A DNA stretch of 64,000 bases from Squalus acanthias (GCA_030390025.1 JASTWF010000322.1:124001-188000), one strand, 5' to 3'. Shown: positions 37,101 through 48,224, numbered from the stretch's first letter. Translations and numbers: made by a program. The notes: generated from the sequence alone by a model not told the origin.

Positions 37101-38127
37101 AGTCAATTAAGGCATCTAAAGTATGTCCATTAATTGATGCTTTTGTAGCTGCATGGAATAGGTTCTGAGGACAAGCAGCTGTAATTGGTGTCGTTGCACA
37201 AAGAGTGGCTGAAACTCTAGGTGTGTTTCTTCGAGAGGAAGCACGATAGATTTTAGCCGGAACATCTTGATAGGCCCTTACCGGGGCAGTTCGGTAGGAC
37301 TTAGCTTGATAAGCCCTCATAGAGGCTCTTGATAGGCAAACCTTTGCAAAATGACCCTTTTTGTTGCAATGACTGCAAAACGCATTGCGAGCAGGGCAGA
37401 ATTTCCGAGGGTGGAACTCATCACCACAAAAGAAGCATTTCTTAGATTGCCAAGAGGCTGCCACAGTGGGGTCATCATCCTCTTCATCAGTGAAGTCATC
37501 AGATTGATCGTCAGGGATAAAGACCTCCCTAATAGAGTTCACCTGTGGCCTCTTAAATTGCCTGACTGTAGTTAAGGCAGTAGACCGAGGTCTGGGCACT
37601 GTATAAAGGTCTGCATTTCTTTTTGCCAGATCTAGAGAGCAAGCCATGTCATAAGCTCTCTGAAGCTCAAGTGTCTTACTTTCCAGTAGACGCTGGCGTA
37701 TAAATGGGGAGGCAAGCCCGCAGATGAAAGCATCACGGATCATTTCTTCACGGTACAGCTCAGCTGAGGCCGCCTTAAAGTTACAGTCCATACTAAGTCT
37801 GCGAAGCTCTTGGAGGAATTTCTCAATGGATTCCTCCGGCCCTTGTTGGGCTGTAGCTAGTAGATGTCTGGCATAGACCTCATTCGGTGTCTTAGTATAT
37901 AGTCTCTTAAGCGTCCGAATTGCCTCCTCGTAACTGTCCCATTCCTCCACATACTGAAATACATTCGGGGTGACACAGTTGATGAGTATCCGCAACTTTG
38001 AGTTATCATCAGCCTTGCAATATTCAAGAAAATTTTCAAATGTGCGGTACCAGTGTTTCCACACCTTACCGGCTGCTGGGGTGTTTGGGTCCAAGTCAAG
38101 ACGCGATGGTTTAAGGATGTTTTCCAT
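34189..38127 (-). CDS. Gag-Pol polyprotein, 1312 aa, single uninterrupted ORF (Gag, protease, RT, RNase H, integrase)
   Basis: CFFCGDEFHPRKFC..CSHCNKKGHFAKVC knuckles; LIDSGS protease; DLKSAYHQ, LPFG and YLDN in RT; CDAS, EKE and TDQ in RNase H; HHCC, SIDF, SDRG and GQVERFN in integrase. Confidence 0.95.
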   Translation of the reverse strand: MENILKPSRLDLDPNTPAAGKVWKHWYRTFENFLEYCKADDNSKLRILINCVTPNVFQYVEEWDSYEEAIRTLKRLYTKTPNEVYARHLLATAQQGPEESIEKFLQELRRLSMDCNFKAASAELYREEMIRDAFICGLASPFIRQRLLESKTLELQRAYDMACSLDLAKRNADLYTVPRPRSTALTTVRQFKRPQVNSIREVFIPDDQSDDFTDEEDDDPTVAASWQSKKCFFCGDEFHPRKFCPARNAFCSHCNKKGHFAKVCLSRASMRAYQAKSYRTAPVRAYQDVPAKIYRASSRRNTPRVSATLCATTPITAACPQNLFHAATKASINGHTLDALIDSGSTDSFIREQIVAELKLHVFPSDQAIAMAQSSLNTRISGFCMVEITLNGRRYPSTRLSVLKDLCSDLILGLDFQKQHKKLTIEFGGSKPEFTISNILPRLPFCALSAASLDEPSLFSNIPPRCKPIITKSRRFSQEDQSFIAAEISRLLAEDIIEPCSSPWLAQVVIVKNPLQPHKKRLCIDYSQTINQYTDLDAYPLPRIDDMVNKLAEYTVFSTYDLKSAYHQVPLKVSDKQYTAFEANGRLYQFRRLPFGVTNGVAVFQRAMDDLVKQEDLKDTFPYLDNITVAGRNQREHDANLQRFWDALQHRNLTLNAAKSIESQPTINILGYCVGNGIIKPDPERLRPLQELPPPKNPASLRRALGLFAYYAKWIPNFSDRIQPLLKASTFPLDTAAVAAFNLLKKQLEKAALHSIDESLPFVIECDASEVAISTTLNQEGRPVAFLSRTFQGAELHYPPVEKEATAIIEAVRKWSHLLARQHFTLITDQRSVAFMLDNRKRTKIKNNKIQLWRLELASFGYTIHYRPGKENVAPDTLTRAFCSAMAPSTLVDIHDGLCHPGVTRMLHFVRSRNLPFSTGDVKKMCSDCRVCAELKPRFFHPSGGILIHATQPMQRLSIDFKGPLPSSTRNTYLLTMVDEYSRFPFAFPCPNMLTTTVISCLEQVFAFCGMASYVHSDRGPSFMSGELKAYLSEWGIAASKTTPYHPVGNGQVERFNAIIWNAVRLALRSRGLPNQQWEAVLPDALNSTRSLLSTARNTTPHERFFRFQRRSSYGISLPSWLTAPGPVLLRRYVRASKNDPLVDEVELTDVNPTYAYIRYPDGRESTVSLRDLAPCPPKHRGTPGDDIVPGTSLGSPGASHHDLDLTPAGTSLQHADLGQTDYEPVGARTRSHDPPCTVRSETDLPQPCPTPVRAPVHSQDRPDPSQSGLDHSDSGPRPAAGKRARGPLPLREPKRVRLSLVQRLRNGGRMW

Positions 38128-38205
38128 GATGGGTGATTCCCTGGATCCTTAGTTCCGAGTTCGTCCAAAAAGTTTGAGTGCGAAGTTTCCCAAAGTTGAT
38201 TAAAT

Positions 38206-38399
38206 TGTCGTAAGAATGAGCCTTACGCGTGGTGAACTTAAAGTAAGCTTTAATCAACTAAAAAGGTGCTACATACAAAAGAGGTCTTACTCTATGCCTC
38301 TCCAGGATCCAACTGATCAGTCCAGTATTTATCCTGGACTAATCACAGGAAGTGATGCAATAAAGTTCGAGTCACAGGAAGCTGTATTGTGTTACCACA
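38206..38399 (-). repeat. 5' LTR (194 bp)
   Basis: Minus strand TGTGGTAAC...TTACGACA, with TATA-like GATAAATA and ATTAAA. Confidence 0.93.
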
Positions 38400-38523
38400 C
38401 AACAAAGAGTCTGCAAAGGGATATAGATAGACTAAGTGAGTGGGCAGTAAGGTGGCAGATAGAGTATAATGTAGGGAAATGTGAGGTTATTCACTTTGGT
38501 AGGAAGAATAGAAAAACAGAAAC

Positions 38524-39015
38524 ATCTCTCTCTCTGTATATCAGTGTGGTTCTGATCCTGTGTCTCTGATACTGTCAGTGAGTGAGGGACCGATACTGTA
38601 TCTCTCTCTCTGTATATCAGTGTGGGACTGATCCTGTGTCTCTGATACTGTCAGTGAGTGAGGGACCGATACTGTATCTCTCTCTCTGTATATCAGTGTG
38701 GGACTGATCCTGTGTCTGTGTGTCTCTGATACTGTCAGTGAGTGAGGGACCGATACTGTATCTCTCTCTCTGTATATCAGTGTGGGACTGATCCTGTGTC
38801 TGTGTTTCTCTGACACTGTCAGTGAGTGAGGGACCGATACTGTGTCTCTCTGTATATCAGTGTGGGACTGATCCTGTGTCTCTGATACTGCCAGTGAGTG
38901 AGGGACCGATACTGTATCTCTCTCTGTATATCAGTGTGGGACTGATCCTGTGTCTCTGATACTGTCAGTGAGTGAGGGACCGATACTGTATCTCTCTCTC
39001 TCTATATCAGTGTGG
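38524..39015. repeat. Minisatellite, about 76 bp unit, about 6 copies
   Basis: Unit tctctctgtatatcagtgtgggactgatcctgtgtctctgatactgtcagtgagtgagggaccgatactgta. Confidence 0.9.
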
Positions 39016-39019
39016 GAGG

Positions 39020-40642
39020 TGTCTCTCAGACCCCTCTGCCTCAGGGAGATATCTGTACACTGACTGGTGTCCCTCAGTCCTCTCTCTCTCAGGAAGATAT
39101 CTGTACACTGACTGGTGCCTCTCAGTCCCTCTCTCTCTCAGGGAGATATCTGTACATTGACTGGGGTCTCTCAGTCCCTCTCCCTCAGGGAGATCTCTGT
39201 ACACTGACTGGTGTCTCTCGGCCCCTCTCTCTCAGCGAGATATCTGTACACTGACTGGTGTCTCTCAGTCCCCTCTCCCTCAGGGAGATATCTGTACACT
39301 GACTGGTGTCTCTCAGTCCCCTCTCCCTCAGGGAGATATCTGTCCACTGACTGGTGTCTGTCTCAGTCCCTCTCTCTCAGGGAGATATCTGTACACTGAC
39401 TGGTGTCTCTCAGTCCCCTCTCCCTCAGGGAGATATCTGTACACTGACTGGTGTCTCTCAGTCCCTCTCTCTCAGGGAGATATCTGTACACTGACTGGTG
39501 TCTCTCAGTCCCCTCTCCCTCAGGGAGATATCTGTCCACTGACTGGTGTCACTCAGTCCCCTCTCCCTCAGGCAGATATCTGTACACTGCCTGGTGTCTC
39601 TCAGTCCCCTCTCCCTCAGGGAGATATCTGTACACTGACTGGTGTCTCTCCGTCCCTCTCCCTCAGGGAGATATCTGTACACTGACTGGTGTCACTCAGT
39701 CCCCTCTCCCTCAGGCAGATATCTGTACACTGCCTGGTGTCTCTCAGTCCCTCTCTCCCTCAGGGAGATATCTGTACACTGACTGGTGTCTCTCGGCCCC
39801 CTCTCTGGGAGATATCTGTACACTGACTGGTGTCGCTCAGTCCCTCTCTCTCAAGGAGATATCTGTACACTGACAGTCCCTCTCTCTCAGGGAGATATCT
39901 GTACACTGACTGGTGTCTCTCAGTCCCCTCTCCCTCAGGGAGATATCTGTACACTGACTGGTGTCTCTCAGTCCCCTCTCCCTCAGGGAGATATCTGTAC
40001 ACTGACTGGGGTCTCTCAGTCCTCTCTCTCTCTCAGGGAGATATTTGCACACTGACTGGTGTCTCTCAGTCCCTCTCTTCAGGGAGATATCTGCACACTG
40101 ACTGGTGTCTCTCAGTCCCCTCTCCCTCAGGGAGATATCTGTACACTGACTGGTGTCTCTCGGCCCCTCTCCCTCAGGGAGATATCTGTACACTGACTGG
40201 TGTCTCTCAGTCCCTCTCCCTCAGGGAGATATCTGTACACACACTGGTGTCTCTCAGTCCCCTCTCTCTCAGGGAGATATCTGTACACTGACTGGTGTCT
40301 CTCAGTCCCTCTCCCTCAGGGAGATATCTGTACACTGACTGATGTCTCTCAGTCCCTCTCTCTCAAGGAGATATCTGTACACTGACTGGTGTCTCTCAGT
40401 CCCTCTCTCCCTCAGGAGATATCTGTACACTGCCTGGTGTCTCTCAGTCCCTCTCTCCCTCAGGGAGATATCTGTACACTGACTGGTGTCGCTCAGTCCC
40501 CTGTCCCTCAGGGAGATATCTGTACACTGACTGGTGTCTGTCTCAGTCCCTCTCCCTCAGGGAGATATCTGTACACTGACTGGTGTCTCTCAGTCCCCTC
40601 TCTCTCAGGGTAATATCTGTACACTGACTGGTGTCTCTCAGT
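39020..40642. repeat. Minisatellite, about 48 bp unit, about 33 copies
   Basis: Unit cagggagatatctgtacactgactggtgtctctcagtcccctctccct. Confidence 0.93.
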
Positions 40643-41344
40643 TTATCGCTTTCTTAATCCCACGATTGTAGGCTTTGCAAAATCCCCCAGAAACTTGTAT
40701 AAGAACCCTAAAGGGGGTGAGTTTTGGACCTTAACACGAATTTGGAATGATGGGACCTAAATGAAGGAATTTGAGGTCAAAACCTCAGTTTTGGACATTT
40801 TTAAGGATCAGGGAAGAAAAATACTGAGGAAAATGACTTTGGATAATATTATACCTTTAAAAGGGCCATTGGGAAAACCTGCAGTTACAGAAACAACACA
40901 GGCTGCGGGAAAGGGTGTGGTGAGGCAGTGGACAGCTTTCGGATATTGGGACCAAGCCAAGCTGTCTGGGAGATGTTTGCACTGCAATCCAACCAAGGAG
41001 GAAGAGCCTCGCCCAAAACCTCACAAACACATCCAAAAAAACAAATAAACCAAGACCCTTTTGAAATCCCCAGGTCCAAACAGAATGCTGGAAGTCTGAA
41101 AACAATTCCGAACAATAAGACTTCCAGCACATAGCTTCACAACCCATCATCCCATCAAAAACCAATTAGCCAAGTATCTACAGGAACAGACTTAACGAGC
41201 CCGCCAAAAACCTGAGACAAAAGGAGCAAGATTTGGCGCGTAGATAAAGGCCCTGCCTAAATGGGAGACATCGGAAGCCATCAGGACAAGTTAACATAAA
41301 GTTAAAGTCATCAGACTTAATGAGCCCGCCAAAACCTAAGACAA

Positions 41345-42120
41345 TAGAATAAACATAGAAGATAGGAGCAGGAGTAGGCCATTCGGCCCCTCAAGCCTGC
41401 TCCACCATTCGATGAGATCATGGCTGATCATCCAAACTCAGTACCCTGTCCCTGCTTTCTCCCCATATCCCTTGATACCTTTAGCGTTAAGAAATATATC
41501 TAACTCATTCTTGAATATATTTAATGACTTGGCCTCAACTACCTTCTGTGATAGAGAATTCCACAGGTTCACCACTCTCTGGGTGAAGAAATTCTTCCTC
41601 ATTTCTGTCCTAAATGGCTTACCCCTTATCCTTAGATTATGACCCCTGGTTCTGGACTCTCCGACCATCGGGAACATTCTTCCTGCATCTAGTTTGTCCA
41701 GACCTGTCAGAATTTTATATGTTTCGATGAGATCCCCTCTCATTCTTCTATACTCCAGCGAGTATAAGCCCAATCGACCCAATCTCTCCTCATATGTCAT
41801 TCCTGCCATCCCAGGTATCAGCCTTATGAATCTTCGCTGAACTCCTTCCATGGCAAGAACATCCTTCCTCAGATAAGGCGACCAAAACTGCACACAATAC
41901 TCAAGGTGTGGTCTCACCAAGGCCCTGTACAACTGCAGCAGGACATCCCTGTTCCTGTACTCAAACCCTTTCGCTATGAAGGCCAACATACCATTTGCCT
42001 TCTTCACCGCCTGCTGCACCTGCATGCTTACCTTCAGCGACTGGTGCACAAGGACACCCAGGTCTCATTGCACTTCCCCTTCTCCCAATCTGTTGCCATT
42101 CAGATAATAGTCTGCCTTTC
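41345..42120 (-). mobile_element. CR1 3' fragment
   Basis: ORF 41438-42049 is the CR1 RT C-terminus, followed by the tail. Confidence 0.9.
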
Positions 42121-42344
42121 AAGGCCAGGCAAGGGCTGGAACTGAGACCGCGAGCTGGGAGCGAGTCGGCATCGCTCAACACACGGTCCAGCTCCAGGAG
42201 GTGGCGCCCCGACAGGCCTCCAACGCAACGAACCAACAAGAAGAGCCGCCAAGGGCACCACGAGATAGACCGACACTTGAAAGTACCGCGGAAACCAAGG
42301 CCCCGGAAGTTTCGACTTCCGAGTAAGACTCTTTAAACATAAAG

Positions 42345-42837
42345 TATCGTCAAAGACAGGCTTTATTATTTACTTGCAGCAAGGAGAATGCATGCAGTCA
42401 ACGACTACTTGACATTCTGAAGAATCACAGAAAATGGAACATCTTTATACACTGAAAATACAAGCTTTCCATATCACATGACATGTTGTTTAAATTAAGC
42501 TAAGTTAAAAGTTAAAAAATAGAAATGCCTTATGATGAGACTAGCTTAGCTCTACAGTCATGGAGTCTGTCTGTCTGTCCTTCTTCTCCCACCAAGGCCA
42601 AGGCACCTGGCTGTTTACTTCACTAGTCCTTGGTTATCTCAAGTTGATTAGAAGAAGCCTTTTTGTGCTGTACCAGCAGACTATGAAAACAGCATAGTCT
42701 GCAAAGTTTAAATTCATCTCCATGAGAAGTCATAAACAACTTTATCTTTTCCCAAACAAGTCAGAGTCGGCCATTTTGTATCACTCTTTCTGTGTCTAGG
42801 AAGCCATTTTGTGTCCAAGAAAAAATACACTTCCAAC
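42345..42837 (-). mobile_element. Possible ERV/LTR-like segment
   Basis: AT-rich; minus-strand TATAAA (about 42448) followed by AATAAA (about 42367). Termini and TSD not established. Confidence 0.3.
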
Positions 42838-43233
42838 CGCCAGGCGACACCGAAAGACCAACACCAGGAAAACCCGAAGACACGCAGGTTTCCACACTAC
42901 AAACTATTCCTGACTTACCCCTGGGTAAGATTTTCCCTTAAAAAACCTCTAAACCCTACCTCTAAGGAAGAAATCGGGTACTCGCCTGATAGAATCCAAT
43001 ACGCACCTTACCGCATCAGCGGACAGACCCAAACTGACCTGGAGTGCAGCTGGAGTCTTCCACCACGTCCGGGGTACGGCAGGCCCCCAACAACCAAAAA
43101 CCTCAGTGAACCCCGAAATCGCGAAATACCTCAACTGTCAAGAACTGTCAATTGGTGAGCATTATCCCTGATCCTCTGGAATTAAACCTCGCTAGGCAGT
43201 GGGATTGGGAGGGATAAGGGGTTTTTGTATATT

Positions 43234-43862
43234 GTAAATGGTATGTTGGCCTTTGTAGTGAAAGGGTTCGAGTACAGGAACAAGGTCTTGCTGCAGCTGT
43301 ACAGGGCCTTGGTGAGACTACACCTTGAGTATTGTGTGCCGTTTTGGTCGCCTTATCTGAGGAAGGATGTTCTTGCCATGGAGGCTGATACCTGGAATGG
43401 CAGGAATGACGTATGAAGAGAGATTGGGTCGATTGGGCTTATACTCGCTAGAGTTTAGAAGAATGAGAGGGGATCTCATTGAAACTTATAAAATTCTAAC
43501 AGGACTAGACAGACTAGATGCAGGAAGGATGTTCCTGATGGCCAGGGAGTCCAGAACCAGGGGGTCACAGTCTAAGGATAAGGGGTAAGCCATTTAGGAC
43601 TGAGATGAGGAGGAATTTCTTCACCCAGAGAGTGGTGAACCTGTGGAATTCTCTACCACAGAAGGCAGTAGAGGCCAATTCATTAAATATATTCAAGAAG
43701 GAGTTAGATATATTTCTTAAGGCTAAAGGGATCAAGGGATATGGGGAGAAAGCAGGGACAGGGTACTGAATTTGGATGATCAGCCGTGATCTCATTGAAT
43801 GGCAGAGCAGGCTCGAGGGGCTGAATGGCCTACTCCTGCTCCTATCTTCTATGTTTTCTATG
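43234..43862 (+). mobile_element. CR1 3' fragment
   Basis: NGMLAFVVKGFEYR onward, plus the tail. Confidence 0.9.
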
Positions 43863-44452
43863 CAATTCTCCCTCGCCGGTACCGTGTGTTCCCCAACCTG
43901 TGTTTTAAGCATTAAGTGTGTTTTAAGTTTGTTCCCCTTTTCTTTAATAAAAGTCAAAACTCTTTCATCAAAACCTGTTGTCTACTGCACCTTTGTTCAC
44001 AACCCCCAAATAAGTCCACGGTCTAGAACCAGGGGCGTGGGAGCGATTCGACCCGCTCACTGAGTCAGAGGTGAAGCTGACCCCTACCACACCACCCCCG
44101 ACAGATGTGTAGCTCTTAGTGCCTTTGCCCAGACAGGGGCCGATGTCAAGCCGTCTGCGTACCTTAGTCTCCGCATTCTGACGATCGCCGTGCCGACGTT
44201 CAGACCGTTCACAGACGTTCCCCAAGAGAGGTGACTCCTCGCAGACACCGGGACAGTCTGAGCGCGCGCCGTGGCATTGAATCTTGGTGTGGCCGTAAAC
44301 GAGACTCGCGGTCATAGCCAATCCGCGACACGTTTTCCAAAACTTTGATTGGGAACCGCGCGTTCGAACGCAGTCTTTAAACTCGTGGTACATCTCGAGA
44401 ACCAGGGAGGTAGAAGACGGGAAGAAACTCTACTATACGTACAATACATATC

Positions 44453-45287
44453 AGCATGGCAGATGCATTATAATGTGGATAAATGCGAGGTTATCCACTT
44501 TGGTGTCAAAAACAGAAAGGCAGATTATTATCTGAATGGCAATAGATTGGGAGAAGGGGAAGTGCAACGAGACCTGGGTGTCCTTGTGCACCAGTCGCTG
44601 AAGGTAAGCATGCAGGTGCAGCAGGCGGTGAAGAAGGCAAATGGTATGTTGGCCTTCATAGTGAAAGGGTTTGAGTATAGGAACAAGGATGTCCTGCTGC
44701 AGTTGTACAGGGCCTTGGTGAGACCACACCTTGAGTAGTGTGTGCAGTTTTGGTCGCCTTATCTGAGGAAGGATGTTCTTGCCATGGAAGGAATTCAGCG
44801 AAGATCCACAAGGCTGGTACCTGGGATGACAGGAATGACATATGAAGAGAGATTGGGTCAATTGGGCTTATACTCGCTGGAGTTTAGAAGAATGAGAGGG
44901 GATGTCATTGAAACTTATAAAATTCTGACAGGACAGGACAAACTAGATGCAGGAAGGATGTTCCCTATGGTCGGGGAGTCCAGAACCAGGGGTCATAATC
45001 TAAGGCTAAGGGGTAAGCCATTTAGGACAGAAATGAGGAGGAATTGCTTCACCCAGAGAGTGATGAACCGGTGGAATTCTCTGCCACAAAAGGCAGTAGA
45101 GGCCAATTCATTAAATATATTCAAGAAGGAGTTGGATATATTTCTTAAGGCTAAAGGGATCAAGGGATATGGGGAGAAAGCAGGGACAGGGTACAGAGTT
45201 TGGATGATCAGCCATGATCGCATTGAATGGCGGAGCAGGCTCGAGGGGCCAAATGGCCTACTCCTGCTCCTATCTTCTATGATTCTA
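44453..45287 (+). mobile_element. CR1 3' fragment
   Basis: WQMHYNVDKCEV onward, plus the tail. Confidence 0.9.
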
Positions 45288-45589
45288 ATACCTTTGGTGC
45301 CTCTGGGACACCGGTCCCACTCGCAAGAGTTGGAGCGCTGCCCGCTTGCGAACTTGGCATTCACCGGGATTTACAGGCATCTGCCAACCTAGCGACCGGC
45401 TTGCCAACGCTGCAGCAATCAGGCTCTAGTTGACCCTTGCCCATCTGGAGCGGTTCCACACCAGCGTTTGGTAACAGAGCGACCCACCCCCCGCCACGTG
45501 CAAACGCTCCTCAAGGCAGTCCTGGTGGCACTTGCTGAGAGTGGGCTTTTGGAACCCTGCATCCGGTTAGAAAGTACAAAGCGCCCTGT

Positions 45590-46635
45590 CATAGAAACAT
45601 AGAAGATAGGAGCAGGAGTAGGCCATTCGGCCCCTCGAGCCTGCTCCGACATTCAATGAGATCATGGCTGATCATCCAAATCCAGTACCCTGTCCCTGCT
45701 TTCTCCCCATATCCCTTGATCCCTTTAGCTTTAAGAAATATATCTAACTCATTCTTGAATATATTTAATGACTTGGCCTCAACTACCTTCTGTGGTAGAG
45801 AATTCCACAGGTTCACCACTCTCTGGGTGAAGAAATTCCTCATCTCAGTCCTAAATGGCTTACCCCTTATCCTTAGACTGTGACCTCTGGTTCTGGACTC
45901 CCCCGCCATCGGGAACATCCTTCCTGCATCTAGTCTGTCTAGTCCTGTTAGAATTTTATAAGTTTAATGAGATCCCCTCTCATTCTTCTAAACTCCAGCG
46001 AGTATAAGCCCAATCGACCCAATCTCTCCTCATACGTCATTCCTGCCATCCCAGGTATCAGCCTTGTGAATCTTCGCTGAACTCCTTCCATGGCAAGAAC
46101 ATCCTTCCTCAGATAAGGCGACCAAAACTGCACACAATACTCAAGATGTGGTCTCACCAAGGCCCTGTACAACTGCAGCAAGACATCCTTGTTCCTGTAC
46201 TCGAACCCTCTCGCTACGAAGACCAACATACCATTTGCCTTCTTAACCGCCTGCTGCACCTGCATGCTTACCTTCAGCGACTGGTGCACAAGGACACCCA
46301 GGTCTCGTTGCACTTCCCCTTTTCCCAATCTATTGCCGTTCAGATAATAATCTGCCTTTCTGTTTTTGCCACCAAAGTGGATAACCTCGCATTTATCCAC
46401 ATTATACTGCATCTGCCACGCTTCTGCCCAATCACCCAACCTGTCCAAATCATCCTGGAATTTCTCAGTATCCTCCTCACAGCACACACGCCCAACCAGC
46501 TTTGTGTCGTCTGCAAACTTTGAGATATTACATCCAATTCCCTCGTCTAGATCATTAATGTATATTGTGAATAGCTGGGGTCCAAGGACCGATCCCTGCG
46601 GTACCCCACTAGTCACTGCCTGCCACTCGGAAAAC
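45590..46635 (-). mobile_element. CR1 3' fragment
   Basis: SGVPQGSVLGP and KFADDTKL, plus the tail. Confidence 0.92.
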
Positions 46636-46897
46636 AGCGTCCACTCCCGCTCCGGCACGCGTTACATCACGGGGAGGAGCGGCGAATGGGAGAAACACCT
46701 CACCGTCGCGTGGGGAGGTACGAGAACCGTAGATGACCCCCCCCAGTCTGTCCTGACCTCTCAATATGCCTTCCCTTTCCCCACACCCGCACCCCAAAAA
46801 TTAAATCACCGACATTCAGGTCCAAACATGTCTCGCACGGTGACGCAAAATGGGCAGCATCGGATCAGCCGCCCGATATTCAGCTCCATCACAGTCA

Positions 46898-47367
46898 CAG
46901 AATAGAACGATAAGGCACAGGAAGAGGCCATTTGGCCCATCGTGCCTGTGCCGGCTCTTTGGTCGAGCTCTCCAATTAGTCCCGCTCCCCCCCGCCTGCT
47001 CTTCCCCCACAGCCCTGCACATTTTTCCCCTTCAAGTATTTATCCGAAACTCTTTTGAAAGTTACTATTGAATCTGCTTCCACCGCCCTTTCAGGCAGCG
47101 CGTTCCAGATCACAACAACTCGCTGCGTAAAAAAAAATGTTTCCTCATCTCCCCCTCTGGTTCTTTTGCCGATTATCTTCAATCTGTGTCCTCTGGTTAC
47201 CCACCCTCCTGCCACTGGAAACAGTTTCTCCTTATTTACTCCATCAAAACCCTTCATGATTTTGAACACCTCCATTAAATCTCCCCTTAACCTTCTCTGC
47301 TCTAAGGAGAACAACCCCAGCTTCTCCAGTCTCTCCACATCACTGAAGTCCCTCATCCCCGGTACCA
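46898..47367 (-). mobile_element. CR1 3' fragment
   Basis: VPGMRDFSDVERLEKLGLFSLE; same subfamily as 19770-20447. Confidence 0.85.
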
Positions 47368-47589
47368 CTGTCAATGGAACGGAATAGCCGGCGCTGTGGA
47401 TTACAGGTGACTGATCCACTACCGCCGGAGCAGGATTTCTACCCCATAGCGCGTTCAAACCGTTGCAGATACAGCGGGGCAAATGAGATTTGCTTTAGAA
47501 AATGGATTCATGATTTAACCCTGCTTCTCTCCCCATTGCCTGCGGCCTTCTTGCTCACCCGTACCGCAAATCAAAGTCAATATTGTGCA

Positions 47590-47782
47590 GAACGCGCTGC
47601 CTGAAAGGGTGGTGGAAGCAGATTCAATAACCACTTTCAAAAGGGAATCGGATAAATACTTGAAGGGGGAAAAAGTGTGCAGGGCTGTGGGGAAAGAGCG
47701 AGGCGGGAGTGGGACTCGTCGGAGAGCTCGACCACAGGCGATACGGGCTGAATGGCCTCCTCCTGTGCTGTACCATTCTATC
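47590..47782 (+). mobile_element. Short CR1 3' tail
   Basis: NALPERVVEADS followed by the tail. Confidence 0.75.
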
Positions 47783-47904
47783 TTACAGGCTTGTCCTCTT
47801 CCTCAGGGAGACAGATACACCGGAGGACCATCGATTGCAGGATTTTAAAAGCCGATTGCTTTGACATTATGCAGGGCCAAAATGGTGCAGTTTTGAGAAG
47901 TGTT

Positions 47905-48080
47905 TTGTCTGTCTCTCTCTCTTCTGTCTCTCTCTCTGTGTCTCTCTCTCTGTCTGTCTCTCTTGTGTGTCTCTCTCTCTCTGTCTGTCTCTCTGTGTCT
48001 CTCTCTCTCTGTCTGTCTCTCTGTGTCTCTCTCTCTCTCGCTCTCTCTCTCTCTGTGTCTCCATCTCTCTCTCTCTCTCG
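47905..48080. repeat. Imperfect (CT)n/(CTGT)n microsatellite
   Basis: Seen directly. Confidence 0.9.
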
Positions 48081-48224
48081 TTTCCGCTCAAAATAGTTTG
48101 CATATTGCGAACACAAAACCTGCCCTGAACCAGCGCAACCGGGCATTCATTTAAAAAGTAATTTTTTTTGTAAAAAGTTTTGCTTTCAAAAATATTCCTT
48201 GATATATTTAAGAGTGGTAACAGC

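Larger units (their letters stand above)
33924..38399 (-). mobile_element. Full-length Ty3/Gypsy LTR retrotransposon (Mag-like double zinc knuckle), 4476 bp
   Basis: Two TG...CA LTRs, a PPT, an intact gag-pol ORF, and CAAAG duplicated on both sides. Confidence 0.95.
31833..38522 (+). mobile_element. CR1 ORF2 fragment split by RTE and Gypsy insertions (pieces about 31833-32528, 33281-33923, 38403-38522)
   Basis: The pieces join into a sequence colinear with 5950-7315. Confidence 0.9.

Noticed and set aside
42811..43158. KLFLTYP resembling CRESS/geminivirus Rep motif I
   Set aside because: No HUH motif II, YxxK or helicase motif follows; probably chance.
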